Below are positions 38,101 through 53,264 of a stretch of 64,000 bases of DNA, piece after piece. Under the pieces are notes generated by a model, which was given only the letters and a program-made list of their open reading frames with translations, did no database searches and had not been told where the DNA came from. The first letter of the stretch is position 1, and each line of letters starts with the position of its first letter. Position numbers and translations under genes: made by a program. Origin of the DNA: Raillietiella orientalis (taxonomy: Eukaryota); assembly GCA_036172245.1 (NCBI GenBank), contig JAYWIR010000024.1, positions 124,001 to 188,000 of the forward strand, written 5' to 3'.

Positions 38101-40703
38101 AAATGGATGTGCACACGAAGCCTCGAGATCCCGCTCGTCGGCTCCCCCACGTCCACACCTTTCTCTTGCCCTTTCCGGCCGCTTGCTGTTCTTCGGTTCC
38201 TGAGGAGCATCGGGAGAAGTGAGAGGTGGATTTTCCGTCGAGTTGACTCGCACAGGCAGCGGGGCTGCGCCTCCGGGGTCTCACATCTCCCTTCTTTCCT
38301 CCTCAAGAAAACTCCAGAGTTCCCGATGAGGAAAGATGGAGTGGGAAAGGGGAGGATTCCTTGCAAACTTTCCACCTCCCCGGAACCGAGAAACAGGAGT
38401 CATTCTCTGCCTCTTCCCCTTTCCTGACCACTTTTCCTGGCCTCTTGCTTACTGTGCTCTCCCCCTGCCACCTGGGCCAGACCGAGAACATGCAGCTCGT
38501 CTTCGACAGCGGGACTGGCACGACGTCATCGCCTCCAGGAATCGACGTCGCCGTCCCGGGCTTCGGGGTGACCGAGACCATCGAGTTCTTGGACACTGTC
38601 CACTTCTCGCCCACAAAGTACTTCAGCAGCATTGTGGACCACTTGAAGGGCTTGGGCTACGTTCCCGGCCTCGACCTACATGGCGCGCCCTTCGACTTCC
38701 GGAAGGCCCCCAGTAAGTCTTGCTTTGAAGGGTCCTCCTACTTCCACCACCGGACTCTTAGAAAGGGGAGGAGGCATCCGGGAAAGGGGGAGGAAGAAAC
38801 GGCACCGTGGCGCACGAGAAGGGCGACTCGGCTTCCTCTCTTCCGGGAAGAGGGGTTTGGCGGTGGCCGAGGCGAGCGTAACTGCAGCCCGACGCACCCT
38901 CTTCCGCCCCTCAGAAGAGCAGGCGAAGGGCGCGCTGGGGGTCCGGGGCAGGGGTCACTCGTCTGAGAGTGGCCAGGGGAAGGAAAAGAAGGGGATCGAG
39001 GCGACGACTTCCTCTTCTCTTCCTCCTCCTCCTGTTCCCTTCTGCTCCTTTTTCTTTCACCGGAGGTTGCCGTGACGAGATGCCAGGACAAAGTGCCCTC
39101 CCTGCTCCTTCTCCTCGCGGGGAGTGGGAGGATCCTCCCTAGGAGAGAAGAGGGAGAGACGTTTTGAGGGAATTATCCGCTTCCGCGTAGGCCCTTTTTT
39201 GGGGCCCACGGGAAGTGCGGCGGGGAGAGGCCGGGTGGGTGAAAGGGGAACGGCACGAGAGGGTGGGTGGGTGGAAGGATCACGGTCACGTGAGAACGAG
39301 TTGGGTGGGGCTGGAAGCTACGAAATGGTGTGTGTGGGGAGGGTGGAAATGAGGGTTGCAGTGAGACGACCGGATGCGGGCCACGTCCCACGGGCACCCA
39401 GTTCGCTGCCAGTCCATGTGGCGAAGTGGGGAAGGGGAGCTGGGGCAGCGGTAGGATGAAGGGCCTGCCCTGACGCGTTGCCCAGGGTGTGATGTGACGA
39501 CTCTTCTCAGCGCTTCCCTTCCCGACCCTTAGAAGCACCCAGAAGGGAGGAGCGGTCCCAGTCAAGAGCCGCGGGGAGTAGACGAAGACCGGTTTCCATC
39601 CTTCCCCTCCTGCACAACCCAACCCCCCGGACGACTCCGCCGAGGTGCTGCCAGACGCCAACGAGGGGCGTTTGCGAGTCTCCGGGGCGTCACTCGAATT
39701 CAACCCCATCCGCATCCACCATGGCGAGGCGCGGAACGTTCGCGTCCATGCGACTCCCACTGACCTCGAGTCCTGACCTTTCCCCTTCAGATGAGCTGCA
39801 GCAGTACTACAGCGACCTGAAGGAGCTGGTGGAGGCGGCAAGCGCCGCCAACGGGGGCCGCAAGGTGGTGCTCGTGTCGCACAGCCTAGGTGCACCCGTG
39901 ACGCTCTTCTTCCTGCACAGCATGACGCAGGCCTGGAAGGACGACCACATCCACTCCTGGGTCACGCTGGCCGGCGCCTTCGGCGGTAGCATCAAGTCGA
40001 TCAAGGTCATGCACTGTGGTAGGCCGGGACGGAGGGGGTCCCGCACGGCGTGCACCTGTCTGCCCTCCCAGGGGACAACATGGGCATCTTCTTCCTCTCC
40101 CAGTGGATCATGAGGGACTTCGAGAAGTCCTTCCCCAGCGTAGCCTTCCTACTGCCTTCCGAGAGGGTGTGGGACGACGAGCAGGTCATCATCTCCAACG
40201 ACGAGCGCAACTACACGGTCCGCGACCTCGAGGACTACTTCCGGTAGGCTCTTCGCTACTATCCGCCGTCCCCTTGCCCACAGTGCCGTCCGCGGGCGCG
40301 ACCCGCAGCGACATCGGCTACAGCGAAGGGTGGAAGCTGAGGTGGGCGACGAAGGACCTGCTGGGCGACTACGAGGACCCCGGTGTGGAGGTGGTCTGCT
40401 TGCACGGCGTCGGAGTGGACACGCCCGAGAGGTGAGATGCGGCGCCGCGCGTTTCCCCGTCGTCCTCGCCAGCGGGCGCCCAGGCTGCTCTTCAAGGGCA
40501 AGAAGTGGGTGTCATCGGCCCCGGACCTGGAGACCGGCGATGGGGACGGGACGGTGAACCTTCGCAGCCTGGAGTTGTGCAAGCGGTGGCAGCTCACCTC
40601 GTCCAAGAACGTCATCCACGAGGCGTTCCCCGGTTTGAATCACATGAAGATCCTGCACGACGCCCGCATCCTGGAGAGGGTGGAGCAGGTGGCGAAAGGG
40701 TGA
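29115..40703 (+). CDS. PLA2G15: Group XV phospholipase A2 / LCAT-family lipase, paralogue 2, 7 exons, 402 aa
   Basis: Exons 29115-29202, 33574-33719, 38481-38712, 39791-40018, 40072-40243, 40309-40431, 40484-40703; 1209 nt. Internal exon sizes (146, 232, 228, 172, 123) equal paralogue 1. Motifs PIVLIPGVGGNQL, APFDFRKAP, SHSLG, GDGDGTVNLRSL, GLNHMKIL. Confidence 0.9.
31310..31790 (+). repeat. Degenerate pentamer array (ATGGY/GTGGY)n
   Basis: 5-nt periodic ATGGT/ATGGC/GTGGT units, e.g. GGTATGGTATGGCATGGTGC. Confidence 0.85.
32670..32905 (-). repeat. Degenerate pentamer array, reverse complement of the 31310-31790 array
   Basis: CCATG/CCACA/CCATA units, e.g. ACTATGCCATGCCATGCC. Confidence 0.85.
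35665..35830. repeat. Polypyrimidine (CT-rich) low-complexity tract
   Basis: Nearly pure C/T run with CCT repeats. A similar tract lies at ~58920-59060. Confidence 0.8.
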
Positions 40704-41124
40704 TTTCCGGCGCGGGATGGAGGCGACCCCGTCTCGGGAGGGAACCCGAGAGTCTCCTCCTCACCCTCCTCCTCCTTCGGCTTCCTGTGCTCCCCCCCTG
40801 TTGCGGCGCGGAATACACCAAGTGTCGGTGTGGAAGAACGGCGCTCAGGAGTCGTTGATTCTATGTACGAGGGACGCGGGGGGGGGGACATCGCTGGAGA
40901 GGGAGGCGTCATCCCAAAAGGGCTCTCAGGTGTTCTAGGAGTTCCCCTCCCAGAGTCTGCGGCGGAGGATCTCCCGAAGAGATGTGAAGGCAGCTCCCGA
41001 CCGTGAGATCTCATTCGGACGCGGCGGCAAGGACCTGGTCTGGCCCTCGACCAGGATGGGAAATTCAACGGTCGTTTCGGAATTCGATGCCACTCGGAGG
41101 CCATCCGCAGAGGCATCAAACCGT

Positions 41125-41390
41125 GAGAGAGGTAGGAAGAAGAAAGGAAGGAAGAGAAGAGGAAGAGAAGAAACAGAGAGAAGGGGGGAGGAAGAGGAGA
41201 AAGAAGGGGAGGAAGGAAGGAAGGGAAGAGGAGGAAAGGAGAAAGAGGGAAAAGGGAGGGGAAGAAAAAGAACGGGAAGAATGGAGAAGGAGGGCGAAGG
41301 GGAGGAGAAAGAGGAGGGATAAGGAGAGAGAAGGAAGAAGGGTGGAGGAAAAAGGAAGTGGAAGAAGCGAGGAGGAAGGGTGAAGGTGGA
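41125..41390. repeat. Polypurine (GA-rich) low-complexity tract
   Basis: ~260 nt of almost only G/A (GGAA, GAA, GAG units). Confidence 0.85.
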
Positions 41391-42659
41391 AAGCCAACCC
41401 TAATGATCCTGGAAGGTCATCAACGGGGAACGATCGAAAGCTCCAATCACCGAAATCATTGTTTGCCGTTTTCCTCTTCGTTTCGGCTTCCCTGTGGATT
41501 CGCCATTTGTTTTTGTGTTTTTGCCTTTTTTGTTCTCCTCTTGGAGCATCCAGGAAACGCAAGCCGAAGTGAGGAATTCTCGAGTGCGAATTCGGAGTTT
41601 CCTCGCAGAGTTCCTCCGCATCCTGGAATCTCGCCACAGAATGGACGGCCGGTCCCCCCCCTGATTGTCTTTGAGAGCATCATCCGTGTGCTCCTCTTAG
41701 CTGCTAATAAATTCGGTTCTTCTCACCGCCTCGTGCTCTGCGTCAGAGTTGGTCTCCGCGGAAACACGGGAGCATCCGTTCGACCCCGGATGGTGGTGGC
41801 TGCCATCGTGATGCAGGCGCGCACAAACACACGAATCCGCCGCATCCGCGCAGATACGGGCTCGCTCTTATCGTAAGCCAAGGAGAAGGAGGGGATTTCC
41901 ATTATTTCGGAAAGCGAACGGGGATGGCAGCTTTTCGGCAGCCAAAACTGCGCTTCGCCGAAGAGCTTCGAAACACCTGAAAACCTGAGGGAACCACGTC
42001 GCTCCGTATCACTGGGAACAGCATCCGCTTTCATCTTGATCGCGGGATCGAAGAATTTTAAGCAGGCCGCATTGTTGGCATGCATCTTGATGAGCAGGGT
42101 GTGGTGTCTGGTATCGGAAGCCTATCAGGGGCGCTCCGCCATCTGCTTTCTCGAAACAGATAAGTCACCGTGTCTCTCGAGCTGTGCAAACATCACTTAA
42201 GAAGATAATCGCCGTGCTTTCCCCGAAATGCAGCAACTCATCCGTCGATCTCCCTCCAGTTTCCCGATTTTCCCGGATGAGGAACGGTTGCGAAATCGAG
42301 CTGCGAAGGAACAGGTTTTTCTGGAATGGGAGCAGGACGCAGGCAGCACACTGTACACCGACACGCAGGAAAGGCATTTTTGTTCTCGCGTGTTCCAAAA
42401 TACGCCAAAGTGATGAGGAGAAAGGCGATAGATTCGGGCTCGCTTCTATCCGCACTTTTTTTTTTCCCCTCCTCCATTTCTATTTCCTTCCATTCTTTTA
42501 TCGCTTCGTCGAGATGCAAAAGTGTCAACGGATCGGTTCTCATAGCAACAGATGCCACGCAGGCGGCTTCCAATGCATCCCGTCCCGATGTGCATTTGTG
42601 CATAACACGAGAGCGTACAAATATACATGTAGTAAGGAGAACGTTTGGGAAGCAGGTAA

Positions 42660-43230
42660 TCCACAGTATGTATACATGACTGTAGGTTATGTATATATTA
42701 GCAGAATGTCCACATCCATATGTATATACATATCAGTTCTGCTGATTTTCATTTCACGCTACGTATGTGTACACACATATAGATATCGATTTTGCAACTT
42801 ACAGTATATCTCGATAGGTATATGCATATATCGATTCTGCTGATATTTACAACCTTCACCCTACTGTGTATATGTAAGCTACAGTATATCTACATAACAT
42901 ACAGTATATTTCTATATGTTACCTACATTATATATATTTATGTATATAATCTTCAGTATATTTTTGTATATATAATACTGCAGGTTATATATATATATAT
43001 AACAACCTACACTATATATGTATAAGCTACAGTATATATATATATATAATTTACAGCATATTTCTATATATATAACACAGAATATTTCTGTGTATAACCT
43101 ACGGTATAACTCGATGTATAAATACATATATTGATTCTGCTGATATATATAACCTACAGCATATTTCTATATGTATAACATACAATACAATACCCATATA
43201 TATATCGATTCTACTGATTTTAATTCAATG
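42660..43230. repeat. AT-rich degenerate minisatellite
   Basis: Recurrent TATCGATTCTGCTGAT and AACCTACAGTATATTTCTATAT units. Confidence 0.75.
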
Positions 43231-45084
43231 CTTTCCCTTCGAAAAATTCATTTCATCTGCCAATTCGCTGAACCAAAGAAGTTCATGCTCTCAAAAGCAA
43301 AATATGCAGATGTGGAATCATTTCTCAAAGATGAAAGGTGTTCTCAGGGTAAAAAGAAAAAAAAAAAAAAAATACCCACAACATCTTGAAAGATTATGAT
43401 GCAACGAAAAGCTTGCAGGACGTGATACTTAATGGTTCATAATTCCGCAATATGTTTTAATACAGGCCCCAATTAGGCACATGATGTCAGGATGCTGAGC
43501 ATGTGCGATTCTGTGGGTTCCCGTCGGCTGTTGGCAACCCTCGCGTATCTGTATGTACCAAAATTTCATCTCCTTTTTTTTCGTTTTTTTTTTTTTTCCT
43601 TTCCAAAGAATCTCTGATGGTCTTCGGCGAAATCGTTTCTTCATCATACTCCCGTCTGATCACGATTCCCTTGAGGTAACAGGAGAATGACCCACAAAGA
43701 AATTAAATCCTTAGTTTTCCCAGTCAGCCGCAAGTTTATGCACCGTTTCTCCTTGCTACCAGGCTGTTGTTCGCAAGGAGGCATTGGGGGGGGGGGGGGA
43801 GAGAGAGAGAAAACAACAACAACACTCTGAAAATATGTAGGAAGAGCCTCCAGAGCAGTTGTGCAGCTGGAAAAAGATCAGAGCAAAGTTTGGGCTCTTG
43901 TACATACCTGACCGCACACACACACACAAGATATACCTATGTGCTTACGTACAGTGGGTGTCAAAGATTCAAAGGTCACGAATCCATGCGATTTGGCGTA
44001 AGATTTTGGTCTGCATTTCGTTCACTTCTGGGTTTTGGAAAACGAATCACGTTTTCTGTGCGTGCGTTTCTCATCCCAGGGCAATTTTGAGAAATTGTGT
44101 AATCTCGAAACGCTCTTCTTCTGAGCGGCCCGGCGGACGGTTCTCGACTCGGGCGAGTGGTCATTTGGGTGGCCGTAGGGCGTTGCGTGGGGACGCGACC
44201 ATCGGAAGTCGCCTACTGGGCGAGAAACGCGCGCGACCATCACCGCCACCGCCGCCACCCTGACCGGGCTGGCATCGACGCTGCAGGCGTGGAAGCTGCA
44301 CATCTTTCCGGTACCTGTTGCCCGGCACTCTACCGCCATGCAGCCGTTCGGAGCTGCCTCTCTCGAAATGAAATCGCATCCACGCTCCCGTCACAAAGAG
44401 ACACGGGTTGTGTTCGGCCACACGAGGCGGTGTTTTCTCTCCTTCTTCTTCCTGGTCTTCCCCCCCCCCCGCCTCCTCACTCCCTTCGCCTCCTCCTCCT
44501 CCTCCTCCTCCTCCTTTCTCACACATGCAATACGTGGACGCCCAAGCCTTTCCGAAAGCGGTGGGGACTGCAAGGAGGCAAAACAAGCAGCCCAGCGTGA
44601 GCAGCAAACACACACAGTTGCACCGTGCACGTGCACCGACACGAATTGCACTTTGCGCGGGTGTGTGTGTGTGTGTGGGATGTGTGTTTGTGTGTGTGTG
44701 CAGCAGCGTTATTTTCGTTGTCTGCACGGAATCAGCACTGCGTCTTTTATTACCTACCATTCACGCATCTCCCAGCATCCGAGCCCGTGTTCCGTGTTCA
44801 TCAAGTGTTGGTGGTGCAGTCGCGGAAAAGTGTCGGTGTGTGTTTTATGCCTGACGGGGAAAAAAATAAAGTTTTCCGGCAGTGCAAATCGCTGTTTTCG
44901 GCTGGCAAAAACAGCCTATCGGTACAGCTCCGGGGACGAATTTGCATTTTTGATTTGAATTTGTTCCTCGTAATTACGCTGATGCCAAAACCTTGGCAGT
45001 GCAGTTAATGAATTTGCCGAATTCAAACTTTTCAGTTCCGAAACATTCTGACACGGTAGTGTTTTTTTCCCTCGAACAGTGGTC

Positions 45085-46440
<1,356 letters not shown>

Positions 46441-48022
46441 CTGACTTCTTACCTTGTGTCTGATCTCGCTGTCTAATGCATGAAACCTCTTATTGAGACT
46501 GTGCTTGCTTGAGTCTTTGAACATTTATAGCTACAGTCATAGATTTATCTACTTTGAAGTGAAAATATTTTCGTTTACAAGTGTTATGAGATAAATGCAT
46601 TGTGTCTTCATGGTCAGTTATTGCAGTACATTGTGGATACAAGTGGAATATCTCAAAAGTGCACTGCTATATCTACAGGCCACTTGGTGTATCGTACAAA
46701 AAAATATCCATTCATTTGCTGCATATCCAACGAAATCAGGTTCTCCGTACATCATTTATTGTTGAGGGGATATGCTTCTGTAAATTGTACAATGGTTTAA
46801 TGTGGTTTTAGATTCAGTTTGTGTGTATTAAAAATAAAGTAGCAGAAAATCAAAGCTTTAGACCTAGAAAATAATAAAGTGCTATTGGTATTAATGGAAA
46901 TAAGCATCTAATAAATCGTTATGCAAAGCAGCGATCATAAAAGATGGGTTCTCAGTAGCTAAAGGTTTACAACAGGCTTCATCCTCACATGAAAGATGAA
47001 CTTGGAGCAATTCAGGAAGCAAAGAATACTTGACGCCCAATGTTGATTTTGCAGGTTAGATGCCATGCAGTTGAGATAGGAGGCAAATTCTCATCTGTGG
47101 CAGGTGGAGATTCCCAAGCGAAAAATCTGCTGTCGAAGCACACGACAACCCTGGACAAACATTCGCCAATTTTTCTCATTTTTGCATTCGCTAGTCGCTT
47201 CTCCTGCGATGTCTGTCACTCCTCCCTTTGTAGAATTGCTGTACGTGACTTGAGATCCGGTTTGTCTTGTGTCTCTCGGCTGCAGACGTTTGGATAACTG
47301 TGCCTTTCCCGCAGTGGATTTCAATACGCTTTCGTGCTGAGCAGAACTGTGGGAAACGGGCATCAGAAGGGGATTGGCGCCGCCCAAACCCTTTTGTGCT
47401 CGGGGCTGTTCAGCCCGAGCGTTTCAGTTACAGCTGCACAAGAAGCATCGAGTTCAGTTCTTTGCTGTGAATTCCAGAACCATTCCGACCTATCGCAGCA
47501 CTTGTCTTTCGGTCCCCAGCGGGATAGCCGACCAACGATGCACCCTGATTTTCAGGCTTGTTAGAGCTTTCTCGGCGGCTGATGTACGAATAGTAAAGCA
47601 TGCGGGCGACTTCCCTCATGTCTTCGCCGCTTTAGCAGAGAAACGAGAATGCTAACAACACACGAACAGTGAGGTGATAATGCTTTTCCAGGAAATATGA
47701 CGAGCCGCATGTACTCTGCTCGAATACGTGCATTTTCCAAAACGCAGGGGTTTTTAAAGAAACAAAAAAAAATCAAACCTTCACAGGGACGAGCTCAGAG
47801 AAAGAAAGAGTCGTGTGGAAAAAAAAGGCATAGCGCACTAAGATTGCTACCTACGAGAAATTAACTCGTAAAAGGCTGCATCTTGAAAGCATCACAGGGT
47901 GAGCGCCGTTGGCTGAAACTGTCACGAATTTTTCCGGGCCAAATTAAACGTAGCATCCTGTCTTCCTCGTGGTTTACTTTCAGAACCATCTGCCTACTAA
48001 GGAAGTTCAATGGGATTTCTTC

Positions 48023-49337
48023 AAGTTAGGGGGTGATCCCGGGAGGGGACCACCCTATGAATCCAGGAAGGACTCTGGAGGAAGGAGTTCGTTCTTCTCA
48101 CGCTTGGGAGGGGAACCCCCTTCCTTATTCTCTCCGGAGACACCCCTCCGGTTTGTGGCAGCCGCTCCATTCTTTCGTTTCTCCTCCGAAGGGAACCCGG
48201 AAAAGATACTCTCTTGGAATTTCTTCTCCGGAGGAAACCCGCACGGGAACCGCTCCTTGTTTCCTCCTCTGAAGAGAACCCCAAAGGGACGCTTCTGAAT
48301 TTGCTCTGAAGGGTCGCTCCCCCCGCTTCACATTCTGGAGAGACATCTATCCACCAACTCCATGGTACGAGATGGGAGGATCACCCCACTTGCACAACCA
48401 GAAGGAAACCCCGAAAGGTTCCTTGATTCCTGGAAGGACCCCAGAGGGTCAACTTCCAATCCTGGACACTCATAGTAGGCATCCGGTTTTCGGCTTCCAC
48501 CAATGCCGCACCCTCCCCTTAAAGTGGCTGGAGTCGGCGTTGATGCTGTTGCAGTGGGACCTCCCATTCAGCACCCGCTGGCATCTGTGGACACAGGGTG
48601 TGGGGATCCAAACTGTGCGAGGTGCGGGGAGCGAGAATCTCTGCCGCACCTCCTAGTGGACTGTGTTGCCCTCCTCCCCCTTTGGGGATGCTTTGCCGCG
48701 ACCCTTGGAACCCCCGGCGTCAACACCAGAGACGTTCTGAAGAGCCTCTTCCTGCGCGGCGCCCTCACTCCGGCCTCATCCCTAGCAGCACTTTGCTGCC
48801 TACGCGGCGGGACCCATCATACTCCCGACAGGGACGCCATCTATTCTGCTGTCCTCTTCATGAGGACAGCGTCAAGATGGCCTCATCTGGGAACCATAAA
48901 ACAGGAACTTGCCAGCATTATTACAAGGGTGCGGAGGGCGCCCTCCAGCACACAGTGATCCCTTGCCGAACCCCCCTCTGCCCCAGTTTTGGACTTCATT
49001 TATTTTCTTTTTGTTTGTCTCCCCTTCCCCTGTGCTGCCGAGGCGAACCCTGCTGGTCTGCGTGCCAGATCCCTGAAGGTTCCTTCTCGTAGTTGTAAGT
49101 AATGTGGCAGTATCAAATGCCCTGCCGCAGACGTGGATGTTTATTTTCTAAATAAATGCTCCGGCGTGACCGGGTGTCCACCAGTGCCGCACCCGAAGTC
49201 CGTGGGCCAACCAGGGTCATCTTGCAGTGGGAACTCGAAGCAGCGATGCACCCATCCGTCTCGTCGACCTTTCCCCTGGTGGGATTCGAGCTCGCAAGGC
49301 TCGGTGCCACGTGCGGGAGACCGGCAGCCACACGGCC
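48023..49337 (-). mobile_element. SINE-like host repeat, copy 2 (tRNA-like head at 49337), interrupted by element A copy 2
   Basis: Minus strand begins GGCCGTG-TGGCTGCCGGT (A-box-like at tRNA position 8), with GAGCTCGAATCCCAC (degenerate B box/T arm) at ~49279-49293. Homologous to window positions 1-94 and 789-963. Confidence 0.5.
48514..49176 (+). mobile_element. Element A copy 2: short L1/Tx1-like LINE 3' fragment
   Basis: CARCGERESLPHLLVDC zinc finger, frameshifted upstream. 18-bp TSD TCCACCA(A/G)TGCCGCACCC at 48496-48513 and 49177-49194. Terminal AATAAA hairpin 49151-49176. Inverted homologue of 112-771. Confidence 0.88.
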
Positions 49338-52329
49338 GCCGGCGCGGACGGTTTGCTAAATTCCAAGGAAGCTGTAGAATCATAAATGCGCTGAATGATG
49401 GCATAGATGGGCAGTCGTTTAAACCAATAGTCTGCCCTATAAGTTTTGCTTATTTAATCGAAGCTTCCGTCTTAACCTGGACTTTTAAGCGATTTTGCAA
49501 CCAGTCAGATTTTACGTCCCGGCATTTATTTCAAGAGCAGGTGTAAGAAACTGTGAAGAATGAGGTCATATGGGGTGGATGGCAGAGGATTCATTCTTAC
49601 AGGCTAGATATTTCTGACGGTGGAAACTACGAAGCAATTCAGTTGCAAGTTATTGAAGATCGATACGGATCTCCTTCAGCAAATTTTGCGAGATGAATTG
49701 CTTACACGACTGATGGAATTTTGTGCACAGCAAGGGCGTTTGGTTCAAACGGTGGTATGGGTATAGGAACTGCACGCGATGCAGAATTCTTTGAAAACCG
49801 TGCACTTCGTGAATGGGAACACTGGGCAAAAACGGACGCCATAAACTGCCAACATTAGAAATCACTTGCTATTCTTGCATGATTGCTACGCCAAAGTAAA
49901 CGAACAACAACGAAAAAAAAAAGAACGCTTTTTTGAATCGGTCGCATGTGTGGTGGTGAACTTTGGATCAAGCCAAAGAAACTCGGTAGTCAAAGGAAGC
50001 TGAGCACTGCGAGAACCAGAAGCTTCGACTGGAACCAAAGGTGGAGGTGCACGACGGTCTGAAGTGTTGCACGCAGGCTTCTTCCTCGTGTGGTCCTTCC
50101 ATGGCGCGGAACACACCACTTTCATCCTGGGAGAAATGGCGACGTCTCTCGTGGCAAAGTGTGCTCGTGGCAAAATCTTCCTAACCGTCCAAGTAGACGA
50201 AAGTTTCACAGAAAGGATCTACTGGAACTTTTCAATAGAAAATGAAGACAACGAGCTTTTGTTATTCTGAACTCTGTACGACGGCATGTTTTATTATATA
50301 GAAAGGAAAGCCCTCAAGGTAGCAGTTTTACACTTTCAGAAGGCCACGACGCGGAGGCTTGAAAGACAATGTAAAGTATCTGGCTGAGTGGCAGACTTAT
50401 TCCAGGTTTATAGAAATGAAACCACCTCAGTTTCTATGGAAAGCTCCCATCAAGAGCATGCATCTTGCTGTAGTTAAAAGGTTCTGAATTCCCATTGGTA
50501 CTCTTACGCTACTTTTTTTTTGGGTAACAGGCAGGGAAGCATGAGATGAAAACTGCCACTCCGAGCAAGAATGCATTTGCAGAGAACAGTTTGGGAACCG
50601 CTGCCATGGTACGTTTCCGAGTATCCTCAGGCAGTTGCTTCGTCGTAGCGCTAGAATCAGCTCGCAGGAAATCAATCTAGAAACGGCGAAGTCCCTCTTG
50701 CTTTGGAAATGTCATCCGAGCGGTTCTCGAACAGGAGCTCGACATCTGAACCACCTCTCTAATCTTTGGCTTTCTCCTGGCTTTATCAGTTCGACTATTA
50801 TTGCGAAAATGGTGAGGGCGTGCAAAAGCACAGCAACACCGCGTGAAAGTCTCCAAGAGAGGAGCACAACTGCGCGTTTCCAAGCGACTCACTGATGGAG
50901 CCCAGGAATGCTCCTTGCCATTCCTCGAAGTCAGAAACGGTGGAAGCGGCCATTTTCTGGAAACGCCGGCAAGGGGCGACCCTTTTCCCGATCGATCCAA
51001 AGATGGGAAAAGCGGCGCTGGGACGGCAGTCACAACGGATAAGGAAGCATCGCAAATAACATAATTTGTTGCATATAGGGTCCATTCCAGGAAGACATCT
51101 GGAGAGATTAGGCAAGTGGACAAGGAGGAAAGAAGTGTGCGTAGCAAAATCAGTATAAACGGTTTTTGTTTGCTCTTGGACAGCGCGAAGAATAGGAAGG
51201 AAAAAAAAAAAAATAATGCTGATTTGACGCGACTTATTCCCCATAAAAAAAATTCTTAAACGTGCACAGCTCTGATATATATGTATTTTTTTTCCGGTGT
51301 GTATGCGTGCGTTACAAAGCGAGAAAGTTCCAAGCACCCATAGAATTTCCTATACAAAGAAGGTACAATCGACCGCATGGATATCTGCGAAATGGTAAAA
51401 TAAATCGGGAATACTGAAGTCCGTACACATCGACACGTGAGGATCAGGTCAGGAGTCACTAGCACGAAAGGTGGGAGCGTGCAACCCACCAGCTACGCGC
51501 CCCAAATGCACGGCTTCCACGTCCACTGCTCACGCTGTTCGATGCGGACGCGAGTAGGGCGCAACGAGAACTTCCGTTTCCGGCACAGCTGTTCTGCTTG
51601 TGTTTGGATTTGCTCTTCGTGTACTGAACGCACTGTGCTGTCCATTAAATTCGGATCCGCGAACGGAAACGAGCGGGGCTATATAGTCTCCTTCGTCTCT
51701 GCACATCCAGTTTTCTTTACCGACCTCCGGTGCATTAGAACTGCTCTTACGATCCACACCGAAGGATGGGTACACAAGCGAACCGCCCATCTATCTGACA
51801 TTTGCATCAGCCCGTTTTTGTGATAACATTTAGAAAAATGGGGGTCGTGGGGAGTACGTACGCATGGAAGGAAGCGTGCGCTTTTGTACGAAATGAGTTC
51901 CCTTCGAATCCTCTTGGCTCCTTCAAAATGCTTAAGGAGGATAGGAGTTTTCCGTGTGTGTGTGTGTGTTTAATTTGATCTGACCACTCCGTTTTTGTGC
52001 GGGCCCAGTCACTGCCGTTTTTCCAGCACGGGACCCAGACTCCTCGACGACCCCATCTTTCGTGGGTGCGGATCCGAGGATAGGGACTGCCCCACTTCCT
52101 CGGGTCGCACATCCACCTCAAACTCGTGATCAAAACGAGCAAGGCGAGTACACCAAAAGGGTGTACACAGAATGTGTCTGCAGCTCCAGTTAAGAAGTGG
52201 GGCATGGAACTTCCTTTCCTCTCCCTCAAGTTTAGGTCCGTAAGCAAAAGTGAGAAAAGTACATGGCGAAGAAAACCGAAAGGCGCCCACGCCATGCCAG
52301 AAAGCAAAGTAAAAATGGAGTTTGATTTA

Positions 52330-53260
52330 TATAATTAGCTTAATAATATATATTAATCTGTTAACGCTAGTATATGCAATAACCATATATCTTCATTTGT
52401 TATACTCTCTATAACGTGTGTTACCTTATGTACAAAATTATATTAAAATATGTAAACAACATAATATTCATTTTTATACTCTTTATAATGCATATTACGC
52501 TATATACAAATATATAGACCTTAATACATATAATGAACGTATTGCTGATTATATTAAAATACACAACAAACATATGTATTTATTTTTTATATTCTTTATA
52601 ATGTATATTAATCTATATATTTATATATAGATTATTGCAAATTATTTCAAAATATGTATGCTCATAAATACTAATAAATACATATTTAAAATGAATTTGT
52701 ATATATATATATATGAACAATATACGAACATATTTATATTTTATATTTTGTATATTTATCTATGTATTTTAAAATACAAATATCAACATATATAATAAAC
52801 GCATGTATTGATTTTTAAGATCTTTCGGGATTTGATCGTTTGATAAATATAATTCGATATTTATGCATCATTCAATGCATATTTATTCTACATTAATATA
52901 TAAATATATATCTTTAATCTTACAATCTTTATAATGTATATTAATCTGTATACAAATATATGTATTTATATATAATAGCATATTATAAGTTATATTTAAA
53001 ATACCTATGTTCATAAATATTTATAAATATATTTGTTAAAATAATGTAATTATTAATTGATAAATATAATTCGATATGATCACTAAATACCAATAAATGT
53101 ATTTGCTAAAATGAATGCGCATAATAATCCACATATACATATCTGCATATAATGTACATACATATTTATTTTCTGAATCTTTATAATATATATTAATTTA
53201 TGTATTAATATGCATAATAAACACACGTATTCATTTCTAGGATGTTTCAGATTTTTAATC
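52330..53260. repeat. AT-rich degenerate repeat block related to the 16712-17422 element
   Basis: TCTTTATAATGTATATTAATCT-like unit near 52480, 52594, 52927 and 53178. TTCGGGATTT (TIR-like) at ~52824. Confidence 0.65.
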
Positions 53261-53264
53261 CACA

